A stretch of DNA of 64,000 bases, taken from Cyanidioschyzon merolae (lineage: Eukaryota). Made by a program: the position numbers and the translations under genes. The notes under the pieces were generated by a model. The model was not told the origin of the DNA and did no database searches. It was given only the letters and a program-made list of their open reading frames with translations. Shown one piece after another: positions 34,053 through 44,543 of the stretch (position 1 is its first letter; each line of letters opens with the position of its first letter). The stretch lies in assembly GCA_000091205.1 (NCBI GenBank), contig AP006498.2. One strand, 5' to 3'.

Positions 34053-35480
34053 TCAACTGTCTGATGTGTGTGGGAATCCTTCAATGAAACGTCGATAGAT
34101 GGCAAGCTTGTCGACGACCTCTCGCCACAGTGCGACTGGGCCCTCTGCACCCTGCGATACGGCCTGTGCTCGATACTCACCAAGACGCTTCGAGATATTC
34201 CAGGAGAACCGAGACCGTTCACGCCATGCAGTGCTTTTGCCAGCGCTCGTACTGGCGTCCAGGTCTCGTTCGGGTGACTCTGCAACAAAAGGCGGTGGAG
34301 GTACACGCGGACCTAAGATCAGCTCCGCCGACGCTGACGCTACGTACCATACGCCTTGGTGAACTTCTCTCTCGAGTTGGCCAGGTTCCCAGCCACAGTA
34401 ACCGCAGAAGAAACGAACTCGATCGGGGCGAGCAAGCGAACCGCGGCGCGCCAGTTCAGTAAGGCGACCAAGTCCACCGCAATAGACGCCCCCCGGCACA
34501 ATTTCGTACGCAACTTCGTCAGCTGCGCTCCCCGGCAGCTGCTGACGATCGTTCGATGCCAGCAGAGAGCTTTCATCATGGAGCACCAGCAGGGAATCGA
34601 GACCAACCGGGCCACCCAGGTAGAGCGCCTCTCTGCCAAAAACACGCCCCAGGTCGGTGCCCGCCAGAGAGCTAACGAATGATATGCGCTGGGCTGCGCG
34701 GCGGTTCATGATGACCCCCGTTGTACCGTCACTGCCGTGCTCCAGAACGAGAATCACTGTTTGTGCAAAGTACTGCTGTTCATTGAGGAAATGTTTCGGG
34801 GACGCAACCAGAATGTTGCCGGTTTCGATCGCAGTAACTGGATGCACCCAGCGCATGTCGATATCAGCACCAGTCCATTCCATGGAATTCATGCGAGGTG
34901 TCTCCTGCACACGCTGCGGTGAAGCGTGCAGTGCGTCCCCGGTCGAGGAGCTGGGGTCAAGCAGTTCGCCTGCTTTGCTTGCACGGTTCTCGGTCGCAGC
35001 GTTCTCAGGTGACTCAGCCGGTGCACTCCCTTCAGTTTCGACTGTACCGAATGCGTCACCGTATTCGAGCTCTCGCCGCAAGAGTTGCATTCGGAACGCG
35101 CGCCAGTCACGGAGACGCTCGCGAACGTGTGCCTCGTAACCTGCGTGGCGTCGCTGCGACCTCCTCCTCCTCCTCCTCGAGCTGTCAGGAGTGTTCGCGT
35201 CAGCACCAGCGCCGTGGTTATGATCCTGCTCTGGAGGCTCTCCAGTATTTGAGGCACACGCACGCACACGGAACGAGATAGGCACCGTTCTTGGACTAGA
35301 GACGCTCCCAGACGACCCGTAGCCGAGCCCCGAGCCTGACCATTGACAAACGGATAACCGTCGGTGCCTCTGGAGCGACTGCTGCTGGACCCTGGTCCGT
35401 TGTCCCCGACTGGAACAGTTACAAACTATCCAAGTCATGTACAGGTAGAGCCGGTTTGCCTGAAAGTTCGCAGCGTGCAC
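34053..35480 (-). CDS. YqgE/AlgH-family protein (DUF179, UPF0301) with a basic N-terminal extension. The ORF start is a GTG. The first ATG is at about 35438, or in an upstream exon.
   Basis: GNILVASPKHFLNEQQYFAQTVILVLEHGSDGTTGVIMNRRA...LYLGGPVGLDSLLVLHD...RFFCGYCGWEPGQLEREVHQGVWY matches the DUF179 consensus (LiA.P...d.nF.rsVill.eh...Ga.GlilNrp...GGPv.....lh...F.Gy.gW..gQLe.Ei..g.W). Confidence 0.6.
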   Translation of the reverse strand: MHAANFQANRLYLYMTWIVCNCSSRGQRTRVQQQSLQRHRRLSVCQWSGSGLGYGSSGSVSSPRTVPISFRVRACASNTGEPPEQDHNHGAGADANTPDSSRRRRRRSQRRHAGYEAHVRERLRDWRAFRMQLLRRELEYGDAFGTVETEGSAPAESPENAATENRASKAGELLDPSSSTGDALHASPQRVQETPRMNSMEWTGADIDMRWVHPVTAIETGNILVASPKHFLNEQQYFAQTVILVLEHGSDGTTGVIMNRRAAQRISFVSSLAGTDLGRVFGREALYLGGPVGLDSLLVLHDESSLLASNDRQQLPGSAADEVAYEIVPGGVYCGGLGRLTELARRGSLARPDRVRFFCGYCGWEPGQLEREVHQGVWYVASASAELILGPRVPPPPFVAESPERDLDASTSAGKSTAWRERSRFSWNISKRLGEYRAQAVSQGAEGPVALWREVVDKLAIYRRFIEGFPHTSDS

Positions 35481-35679
35481 GTATCAAAAGCGCTTCCGAA
35501 GAACGGAGGCAAGTGAGGCGGAAAGCGAGCACCATACCGGTGGCAGTTACGCTTCCGCATACGCGAATCGCAACCGCAGAACGGGCAGCAGCAACGGCAG
35601 GGCGTCGATGATCGGGACACGGCCGTTGCACCACCGGCGCTGGTGCGCATTCATCAGCCGTTGCGCCTCTCGCGCTGAA

Positions 35680-36310
35680 AAGACGCGTTTCCACGGATCA
35701 GGGGATCCCAGATTGCCGGATGGACGGGTATTGGCATTCGGGAATGCGTCCAGGATGCTGCAGCCTATCTCCAAGTTCCATTGCTTGTACTTCCTCTCGG
35801 AAATACTGGTTGTTCTGTGGGTTCTATCGTGAACAGAGTGCCTGCGTCGCTGCTCCCGCCGTAGCGTCTATATCGCTGGAGTGGATGCAGCACGGAGATA
35901 GAGCTGTGCTTTGTCGTACCACTGAGGGTATCTGTTTGAGGAACGCTTCACCTGAAACGGTGTCGGGATACATAGTGAGTTTGGGAGCCAGAAATCTGTC
36001 CAGACAAGCCTAGTGCCTGCGACAGCTCGAATTGATATTCTGGGCGTCCACTGCGACCCGGGCGACGCCCAGATGCAGCGGAACTGCCCCGAGTCTCAGA
36101 GTCAACTGCGTTGCGTACGAGTTGCTCAGATCTCGCTAGAGCACCGGGCACGGAGGAGAGCATGGAGCACGAGCCTGGCAGACTCGCGCGGCTTGCAGGA
36201 TCTGCTACCTATACGGTAAACTGTCGACAATATGGAAACATTTTCCCGCTTTTAACGTTTATCTCAGAGGACGAAAGAAATCGTTGTATCGTTGCTAGTT
36301 GGTGAATCGT
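35680..36310 (+). repeat. Left arm of a long inverted repeat of about 650 bp. It is about 98% identical to the reverse complement of 38850..39537, and equals the 5' module of the element.
   Basis: Sampled about 200-nt stretches have only 3-4 mismatches. The ORF track shows mirror-image ORF pairs (36013..36219+ versus 38982..39188-, and others). Confidence 0.85.
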
Positions 36311-36791
36311 TTTTGCTCTTTGTTTGCATAGCGCGGTCGATACGCGCACCTCCATATCTGGTAGTTACGAGATGCGACGCGCATCTCGCCGTTGAAGGGA
36401 AACGCTATCAGGATAATTAGCAAGGTGTTCGACCCTACAAGTTGTACTTGCGTTAAAGCCATCGCAAAGTGTATTCCCTAAATTCAGTTGTGTTCCACTC
36501 TCAAAATAGTATATTCATATGCGTTTTCGCAGCTTACAACAGAAACCTTCGAAGTGCCTTTTATTTCAAAAATAAAAAAGTTATGGAACTGGAATTTGAG
36601 GATCCCGGAGGGCCGGTGTCGCCGACTGCCGAAGAAAAATGAGAAGCAGAGCCGAGCAAACAGGAACTGGAAAAGACGAACAAGCAGAACGGGGAGGCCC
36701 GACGTCCGGAGTTGTACGAAAGACGACAGTACCACGAGATTGCGGAGTAAGCCGGATTTCCTAAACATATCATGGACCGTACAAGGAAAAG

Positions 36792-38700
36792 TTGCAAGAT
36801 GCCATCAGAACCCGTGTCGAGTCCTTCTCTAAGAGTGTTCGTAACGCTTCTTTAGTGCTGATGCATATGGCGAGGGAGATGTATTACGACGTTACAAACG
36901 TCAAAACAGTCGAGGTTCCGCAGGAATTTTTAGACAATACCTTCATTCATCACCTGAAGGTTGGCGCAGGGGAAGCATCGTGGGGAAATGCGCGAGTACA
37001 TGCCCTCCAGGAAAGTTACACTGAATACCGCTTCAAGGTTACTCAATACAGGGGTGACTCGCGTATCTACGAGTACGGGGCGATGAAGTACCCCACGAAC
37101 CCGAAGAACCATATGTTCATGGACCTCGAACGCTTCATGATACGCTCCGTCTTCGCACTCTGCCCGGGTCTCTTGCGCAAAGCGATATGGAACATTATCA
37201 ATAGCATCACGGACGATCGCCAGCATGAACAAGAGATGAAATTCGGTAACAAGAAGAAATCACACAGTAGAAAGAATGAAGACTCTGTGATCCGTGCGGC
37301 TCTACAGGAGCACTGTGCGGTACTGGGGCTGCCGAATCCAGCAGAAAAGGTATCAGAGTTAAAGAGAGTTAAAGAAAGATTTTATATCTTCTTCCTGCTG
37401 TATTTCGTGTTTCCGAACCGAGAGCTCGAACTCAAGGCGGATATGGAGCAAGGTGTGGAAGAGCATGACGAGTCGTAGAAACGGAAGGCTGCGCTTCTTG
37501 GCAAGCGCTTCAATGTCATTCCATTATGCGACGTCAAATCACATTTTGTGATCATCGACTGCAGAGTCCTTTACAGCATCATGAAGGAGATCCGTCTGGA
37601 GTTCAATCTAAGCAACAGGGGGTTTACGGGTGAAAATTGGGAGACGTGCTGCAAGAAGATCCTCGATTTCAAACGCCTCAAAACGAGCAAGAATAAGGTA
37701 CTCACAGGCATCATCGAAAGCGATGGAGTAGCGAAGTGTGTACACTGTCGGCGGTTGAAGGTTGATCGTACTGGTCCGTCTTCCTTGTCGCCCACGGCGG
37801 AGCATGAACATGAGAAACTGGAGGATCTTGCGACGCAGGGGGTGCATGAGAGCGACTTTGTCGTTGGCGCGGACCCTAAGAATACGAATCTCGTAACCGT
37901 CGCAGCACCCAAGCGTGCGGAGGATGTTAACGACGGCAACTTACGTCATAACGACGTGCGTCTTTTAAAGTTCTCGAAAGCGAGATATTACCTAGAATCG
38001 GGAAAAATGAATGCAAGGAAAATAATTGAGACATGGAATGCAGGAGTGAAAGAGTACCTGGAAGCTGTGATCCAGGTGACGAGCCGCGGTGCGGAGTTTC
38101 AAGCTTTTCGGGAATTCATGAAACCTCAAACTGCTCATCAACAGGAGCGGTGGAAAGCGTATATCAAGCTCTGGTGGGCACATCAGCGAATGAACCTGGA
38201 CGGAGGCAAGCAGCTTGCATTCACTAACTACATCAATCAGTTAAGCACCCTCTAGGAAGACAAGGGTCAAATGCTCGTAAGAGCGTACGGAGCAGGGCGC
38301 TGGATAACCAAAACGGGAGCATACCTGCTCCGTTGACGCAGGGAGTACAAGGAGTGAGCATACCGTTCTGTCACAATACCGATAGATAAGTTCCGAACGT
38401 CCTATATACACCATGAACTGGGGGTGTACACGTCATTTGGTCGAGATGCAAAAGTGCCACCGGAGCGCTGGGGATATAGACAAGTACGGAGCGCTGACGG
38501 AAGAGCAAAGGGAAGGGACACGGAGGGCACAAATTTGAGGTCTACTTGCACTGGTGTATATAACCGGCTGCGGCAAGAAACGGATGGATTTTGTGAATCG
38601 TGACTTTAATTCAGTCGTCAATAAAGAGAGCTGTGCGTCGATGGATACAAGACCCGCGGAGCTGGCGCGACCCAACTTTTTGGGGCAACCGCTCAGGGTT
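36792..38700 (+). pseudogene. Fanzor-like nuclease gene of copy 3. It has a frameshift between 37478 and 37548 and further shifts after 38255. RuvC-I is FVVGADPKNTNLVTVAAP. The RuvC-III equivalent is mutated (RDFNSVVNK instead of RDFHAAINI).
   Basis: It aligns block-for-block with copy 2. The N-terminal region (QDAIRTRVESFSKSVRNASLVLMHMAREMYYD...) is open here, whereas copies 1 and 2 carry four nonsense codons in the same region. Confidence 0.65.
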
Positions 38701-38849
38701 AAATTATATGAGAGAAACTGAAGCCAGGAACAGGCGGCCGGTCGAGAAAGGCTGTTAGACGTCTGCACGTCGGTTTATACACACGCACGGTATCGGCGTG
38801 ATGGACGGAACGGCACGTCTAACAACGGGAGAGCGAAAGCAAGTGATGT

Positions 38850-39537
38850 GCAGCTATAGCGATGATCCACATGGTTGAAAAGGAACAGAGACGCACGATC
38901 CACTAGCAACGATACAACGATTTCTTTCGTCCTCTAAGATAAACGTTAAAAGCGGGAAAATGTTTCCATATTGTCGACAGTTTACCGTATAGGTGGCAGA
39001 TCTTGCAAGCCGCGCGAGTCTGCCAGGCTCGTGCTCCATGCTCTCCTCCGTGCCCGGTGCTCTAGCGAGATCTGAGCAACTCGTACGCAACGCAGTTGAC
39101 TCTGAGACTCGGGGCAGTTCCGCTGCATCTGGGCGTCGCCCGGGTCGCAGTGGACGCCCAGAATATCAATTCGAGCTGTCGCAGGCACTAGGCTTGTCTG
39201 TACAGCTTTCTGGCTCCCAAACTCACTATGTATCCCGACACCGTTTCAGGTGAAGCGTTCCTCGAACAGACACCCTCAGTGGTACGACAAAGCACAGCTC
39301 TATCTCCGTGCTGCATCCACTCCAGCGATATAGACGCTACGGCGGGAGCAGCGACGCAGGCACTCTGCTCACGATAGAACCCACAGAACAACCAGTATTT
39401 CCGAGAGAAAGTACAAGCAATGGAACTTGGAGATAGGCTGCAGCATCCTGGACGCATTCCCGAATGCCAATACCCGTCCATCCGGCAATCTGGGATCCCC
39501 TGATCCATGGAAACGCGTTTCGGAAAAGCGAAAATCT
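38850..39537 (-). repeat. Right arm of the inverted repeat. It is a second, inverted copy of the 5' module placed immediately after the copy 3 tail. It may be the right TIR of a TIR-type transposon carrying the nuclease gene.
   Basis: See the left arm. The outer end CCATGGAAACGCGTTTCGG mirrors the left terminus. Confidence 0.8.
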
Positions 39538-40589
39538 ATTTGATAGGATTTGCGCGCGCGCGCGCGCATCATATCGCGCGCCATCATTTAACGATGCTCC
39601 GCTCTGAGCGCCTTGCTGCACACGAGCTGTCGTTCCGCACCAAATGCTCTATACCCATGGATAACTGGAGCAGCGATTATGAGTCGGATACAACAGTGGG
39701 CCTACAAAACATAGCCTTCCGAGTACTGAGTGTTCTGGGTATTGGGCTGTGGTTGCACTGCAAGGGACGTCGTCGGCGACGGCTCAGACGTGCTGCAAGC
39801 AACTCGCAAGGCCGCGAACAGGTAGCCGTAAGCTCCCACGACGCTCAATCATTTCCAAAATACGTTTCTGGGCAACAGATGGTTTCGAAAAGTTCCAGTG
39901 TCAAGCGTCAGGAGGGCACGCAGGGCTGCGACAAAGACGATAGCAGAATCGAAGGGGCGACGTCGCCTTGGTCACATGACGCGTGGCAACGGCTGCAGCT
40001 TGCCTGTCAGCGCGCCCAACAGCAGTGCATCTCGCTCGAGGACGAGCTGAAACGCGTTCTTCGCGAGCGAGAGGAACTCCAAGAGGCCCTCTCCATGGCA
40101 CGCGGCGCTCTGCAGCCCTGTGAGCAGAGCACGGGCTGCGCTGCACATGCAGCGCCTCTGCTTGCATCGTTACCGCCGCCGCGCAAGGCAGTGGACCAAA
40201 AGCCCAGCAAACCAGAGGCTCAACGAATGGCGGGTGCTACTGTAAACCTCGACGACGCTACGCAGCCGTGGCTAGAGCATACGACTCCGGTGCCGTCGGA
40301 CCAGTCGAGTCCGTTCCAACAGGACGAGGCGGCGTCCGGAGCCCATTCGCCTGCTGCTCGTTCTGGACCTGTGCTTCCGGACACGCTTGGTGGACTCAGG
40401 CTCGACCCTGTCGAAGTCGCTGCCGCCATGGCGCTCCGCCAGCGTGGATTTGGTGGAGGCCTGCTCAACGAGGCCTCCATCGATGACGTTCGACGACGAC
40501 TGGGTTTTGGTGGTAGTGCTCACTCGTGCAAAAACGCTGCACAAGCACCGACGCATGCTATGGACGCCTTCACGTACTATGGAGATTAA
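39507..40589 (+). CDS. Hypothetical protein with one TM segment, a coiled coil and a low-complexity tail. There is no recognisable family. The 5' part overlaps the repeat arm, so the true start is probably an internal ATG.
   Basis: This is a long ORF in GC-rich DNA. Only the coiled segment CISLEDELKRVLREREELQEAL looks protein-like. Confidence 0.2.
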   Translation: METRFGKAKIYLIGFARARAHHIARHHLTMLRSERLAAHELSFRTKCSIPMDNWSSDYESDTTVGLQNIAFRVLSVLGIGLWLHCKGRRRRRLRRAASNSQGREQVAVSSHDAQSFPKYVSGQQMVSKSSSVKRQEGTQGCDKDDSRIEGATSPWSHDAWQRLQLACQRAQQQCISLEDELKRVLREREELQEALSMARGALQPCEQSTGCAAHAAPLLASLPPPRKAVDQKPSKPEAQRMAGATVNLDDATQPWLEHTTPVPSDQSSPFQQDEAASGAHSPAARSGPVLPDTLGGLRLDPVEVAAAMALRQRGFGGGLLNEASIDDVRRRLGFGGSAHSCKNAAQAPTHAMDAFTYYGD

Positions 40590-40973
40590 AGCGCAGGGCT
40601 CATGTGCGCTCCACGAAGAGCATTCGCGGGCTTCCAGTGTGGAATCGTCCCAGTCGCCGTCCATGACACTTCACCACCGACTGAACGCTGCGATCCGCGC
40701 ACTATCCATCGAAAATTTCGACTGCATCCTTGAACTGCAAACTGTCCCCGAAAATACCAGCTCCTTTACAGTTATGGTTCCGAGCAACTGGTCAGCGGCT
40801 GCACCGAGTCGCCCTGCTAGGCACCGCATGCACGCGGAAGCAGATGCCGAGGATCAACGGTCTATCAGGCACCTTTGGCCGGTCGCCGGCCACGGGTGTA
40901 TGCGGTTTCCCCACTGCACCCGAAATGCCGAACGAGAACTGCTTCCCCAGCGCCACGGCACGTTGCAAGCGAC

Positions 40974-43199
40974 TCAGCGTTCCCGCGTTTCTGGTTCCAG
41001 ACCGCAGGGACTTGCCTCTTGGCGTCGTGCTCGCTCCCGCTGCAATAGCTGCCTCCCGATGACTTCGTTGTTCGCAGCAGCGGAAATAGTCTCCTCAGCG
41101 AACTCTAATGAGCGCGACAGGCCAAACCGATCAAGCAGACGTCCCCAGAGACGGAAATACGTTCCCAGCGCCGAAATCACTAAAGAGCATGGATAGAAAT
41201 AATTGAAAGCCTTACCAAATAGAGGAACAATATGCATAGAACCCATGAGCGTTTCAAACGCGGTAACTGGAACAGTCGACGAGTCTTGTCCCGAATGCCG
41301 CATCAGCTGCGGGTATTGATACAGGAGCAGCCTCGCGACAGCTTCTCGATTCTCGTGCAATAAGAAAATCAGGTGGTAGCAAAGAGGAAGCAGGAAACGA
41401 CTCATGAGCATCGCATTCAGACAAAGCATTTGACCATCGACGTATCCTGGTACCAGTTCATACCAACGGTAGATCTGCAGGTGGAACACAGCAAAGTACA
41501 CCAGCGAGGTCAGCGTGCAGACAAGGCTGAGTGCCATGGCTTGTACGCCCAACGGCGACAGCGGTAGACTATGAAGTGCCCGAGCGAAGGGAGAGAAGCT
41601 GCGCGGCGGCGTCAGCAGCACAGTCCAGATGGTCAGCTCGCTGAGACACACCGCACTTGCAACGATAAACAACACGACCGCCTGCACGCGGAGACAGAAC
41701 GGCTCGCCATACGCTCGCCAGCGCAAGGCCAGAGACCGTTGCATGCCGTCGATCCAACGTTTGGTACCGACAGCGGCATTCACGGAACGTTCGCATTCGG
41801 AGATATAGATCCGCTGGGGCGAGCCAGCTCCAGCACCAGTAGCATGCTTCGTCAGATGGGGCATGCTCGTCGCATCACCATTCGAAAGCGCTCGGTCGTG
41901 AACAATCCTCATGCTCCGTTCCGGAGACAAGTCTTCACCGGCGTCGTGAAACGAGCCCATACGGCTAGCGGTTGCTCCAGGTGATTCCCCTGCCCTGCAA
42001 GCGTACACCAGTGTAGACGGCATCCGGTCCACGTCGCTGGTCGATACGGATCCCGTGGAAAGCACTCCGGCACATGCTGAGCTCGCTGCAGCGCTCGAGC
42101 TACATCCCGCCGATCGCCACTGAAGCAAATCCTGCAGAAAGAGCGCTCGTTGCGAGATCCGTTGCCACAGGTACTCGATACGCCGGTACTCGAGCACTGC
42201 GCGACGCACCTCGACAAAGAGCGTCCCCAGGGATGCCGATTCCGCCATTCGGGTCGCTCGTGGGGTGGCCGAACTCCATGTTTTTTGTGGCTGCTGGCCT
42301 ATCTCTAGATCCGATGAATGCAGCGGTACCAAATTCAACAGCGTCTCTATACGAGAACAGAGCTCCTGTCGATAAGCGTGTGTCGCGGAGCGTGCATGTC
42401 CAGGCATATGTGATTGCTCCTGTGACTGCAAGGTCTGGTCATCGGTGCAGCCAATGCCTAGCACCGCTGCTTGCAGGCGGAGTCGACTCAAGCTCTGGAG
42501 TGTTTCAAGGTGCCGCGCATGAAGCTCAGCGATGCGGATCGCGTAGGCTCGGAGGCGACGTCGCGGATCGCTTCGTTCCCACAGGGTGCGCGGTAGCTCT
42601 ACGAGTCCGAAACCCAGAAAGATCATCAAGAGAAAGAGACCGAATGCATTATTCAAACCGATAATCGTGGCACGCCAGGTCTCCAGTTGCAGGCCGTGAT
42701 GCCGCGGAGAGCGCACCGCTGCAGCTAGGGCACTCAGCACGACAGCGAGCACAGCCAGGGCGATAAGCTGCGGGCGAAGCGCTTTGCGGACACGCTCTCG
42801 GAGCGGGAGGTGTTCCAGAGAAATGTTCGACTGAACTAGAGGCAGCAGAATCCAGCCAAGCACCAGTGAGGTCCAGTAGAGCGCCTGCCAGGTGGCCAGC
42901 AGCGCTGCCGGACTCAAGCTCGGTGGAGCACAGTTCCGCAGGTGCAGGGAGAGGTCCTCGCCACTTCGTTTGTTGAGGTACTCACAGCGACGGAAAAGCG
43001 TTTCCGCGAGATCAGCAGGTAACAGGATCAGTGCAAGAAACGAGAGAAACCACGCTAAGCCTACCGTCGTGTAAACGTACCACGGTGTACCAAGGCCAGG
43101 CAGCCGTGTCGGGTAACGGACCAGCAGGTACAGCGTCAAAAAAAGCACTGCTGGTGCTTCTGCAATGTAAAACAAGCTCGTACTCAACCACGGCTGCAT
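40974..43199 (-). CDS. LMBR1-like multi-pass membrane protein (LIMR/LMBRD2 family), 741 aa.
   Basis: The ATG at 43199 is verified. There are about 9 hydrophobic helices in two blocks, separated by a long hydrophilic coiled loop (RRRLRAYAIRIAELHARHLETLQSLSRLRLQ). This is the architecture of LMBR1-domain proteins. Confidence 0.45.
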   Translation of the reverse strand: MQPWLSTSLFYIAEAPAVLFLTLYLLVRYPTRLPGLGTPWYVYTTVGLAWFLSFLALILLPADLAETLFRRCEYLNKRSGEDLSLHLRNCAPPSLSPAALLATWQALYWTSLVLGWILLPLVQSNISLEHLPLRERVRKALRPQLIALAVLAVVLSALAAAVRSPRHHGLQLETWRATIIGLNNAFGLFLLMIFLGFGLVELPRTLWERSDPRRRLRAYAIRIAELHARHLETLQSLSRLRLQAAVLGIGCTDDQTLQSQEQSHMPGHARSATHAYRQELCSRIETLLNLVPLHSSDLEIGQQPQKTWSSATPRATRMAESASLGTLFVEVRRAVLEYRRIEYLWQRISQRALFLQDLLQWRSAGCSSSAAASSACAGVLSTGSVSTSDVDRMPSTLVYACRAGESPGATASRMGSFHDAGEDLSPERSMRIVHDRALSNGDATSMPHLTKHATGAGAGSPQRIYISECERSVNAAVGTKRWIDGMQRSLALRWRAYGEPFCLRVQAVVLFIVASAVCLSELTIWTVLLTPPRSFSPFARALHSLPLSPLGVQAMALSLVCTLTSLVYFAVFHLQIYRWYELVPGYVDGQMLCLNAMLMSRFLLPLCYHLIFLLHENREAVARLLLYQYPQLMRHSGQDSSTVPVTAFETLMGSMHIVPLFGKAFNYFYPCSLVISALGTYFRLWGRLLDRFGLSRSLEFAEETISAAANNEVIGRQLLQRERARRQEASPCGLEPETRER

Positions 43200-44235
43200 T
43201 CTGGACGAAAACGGGGCAGCAGTGCACAGAGCGGCACCCGCTGAACCGGGGTTAGAGGTGAGCGCTCCAGCCTTGCGGCTGCGAAGCTTTTTGGGTCCTG
43301 CTTCAAATGGAAGCGCCTAAACTTCTCAGTCTTTGGCAGTTAGAGGCTCACAGTAGTCCAGTGTATCCAGATGAAAGTGCAGCGATAGGTGTAACACCTA
43401 AAGGGTGCTTCTGAAAGGAAGCAAAGTTCGTACACAGACGTCGCTTCTAGGCATGGAGCACCACATCGAACGAGTGATTTGCGGGGTTGTTCCCGGGCGC
43501 TCAAGGCCGCGCCTCTCCGCGATACGACCGAGGATACCGAGGTGCGACGGAGCGGGTGTCGACGCTGGTGTAGGATTGGGTTCAGAAAATTATATCAGAT
43601 ATTGTTTAGGAGTATGTGTCTATTGTGATGTGCTTGATGATACTTGCATCCGGTGTTGCTACGGGGGAGTGGTTCGCGGCGGTGTCGCCGCTGGCGAATG
43701 CTGAGCTACCCGGTGCCTATTTCAGCTGCTGTTCAAGAGCATGCGTCAATCGTGGCGTGCTTCATTGTCTATGTATCGGGCGTAGCTGCGGGTTCAGTGT
43801 TGACGCTGAGGAGCGCGACGATCCCCAGCGTTTATCAGCTGCAACAGAAGAGACTGTGAGTGTTGCGTCGTGCTTGGCGGCACGTGTATCCGGTGCACCG
43901 CGAGAGGCCAGCGGCGTCGCACGCTCAGGTACGTGGTTTTCCGAGACACCACCTCCCTTTAAGTCGTGGTGCAAGCAGCAGCGCTCGGTGTTGAGAGCGC
44001 CTTGCCGCCTCTGCGATACTCAGTACAGGGCTCTGGTGAGTAGCGAGCGCTCAGCATCCTCGCAGTGCCCAGCTCAAACGCAACCAAGACAACTACTCCG
44101 CCCGAAAAGTCGTATCCGGTACGACTGCACATGAACGCCCATCTCTATATCAGAAACGAAAGGAAACGTCCATCATCGCAGTAGGAAGTGGAGCAGTCAG
44201 GCGCAGCTGTCAGCTTCACGAAAGCCCGTCAAAGC

Positions 44236-44264
44236 GCAGCAGCAGCAGCAGCAGCAGTAGCAGC
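44236..44264. repeat. (CAG)n microsatellite.
   Basis: Direct read. Confidence 0.85.
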
Positions 44265-44506
44265 GCCAGACAGAGAAGCGTTCAGCACCGGTCAATCAAG
44301 TACTGCTTCCCGTCTCTAAAGCGTCATGCAACAGACTAACATGCTCCCGAAAGCTGCGTACAACTTCCGCACGGACACCAAAGACCTAGACGAGTCTATT
44401 GAGTACGTCGCTTGGAAAGAGCGCTTTGAAATGTCGTTACCAGGTGTTGCCAGACTGGCCGCTCGGCAGGTTATCGCCGACGAGTCGTAACCCGTGTCCA
44501 CGAGGT

Positions 44507-44534
44507 GTTCGTTCGTTCGTTCGTTCGTTCGTTC
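44507..44534. repeat. (GTTC)7 microsatellite immediately upstream of the UTP13 start codon.
   Basis: Direct read. The ORF track start at 44505 is a GTG inside this repeat. Confidence 0.9.
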
Positions 44535-44543
44535 TCTGAAGGA

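Larger units (their letters stand above)
35680..38790 (+). mobile_element. Fanzor/TnpB-like nuclease element, copy 3. This is a divergent subfamily, with an open N-terminal extension and degraded RuvC-III.
   Basis: The 5' terminus AAAGACGCGTTTCCACGGATCAGGGGATCCCAGATTG is at 35680. The module runs 35680-36310. The 5' motif GCGCGGTCGATACGCGCACCTCCATATCTGG is at 36333. The ORFs are 36792..37478 and 37548..38255, with a continuation to about 38700 (...VRAYGAGRW...FRTSYIHHELG...VNRDFNSVVN). The 3' end AGACGTCTGCACGTCGG is at about 38790. Confidence 0.7.

Noticed and set aside
40387-41196. 269-aa ORF 40387..41196 (+) overlapping the 3' end of the LMBR1-like gene.
   Set aside because: It has low-complexity Ser/Arg-rich composition and overlaps a better-supported gene on the opposite strand. 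It is probably a by-product of GC-rich DNA.
43616-44134. Imperfect ~120-bp internal repeats (GTGCTTG...ATCCGGTG...) and ORF 43616..44134, considered as a small Cys-rich secreted protein.
   Set aside because: The repeat similarity is weak and the ORF has no signal-peptide-like start or family motif. I could not support it beyond noise.
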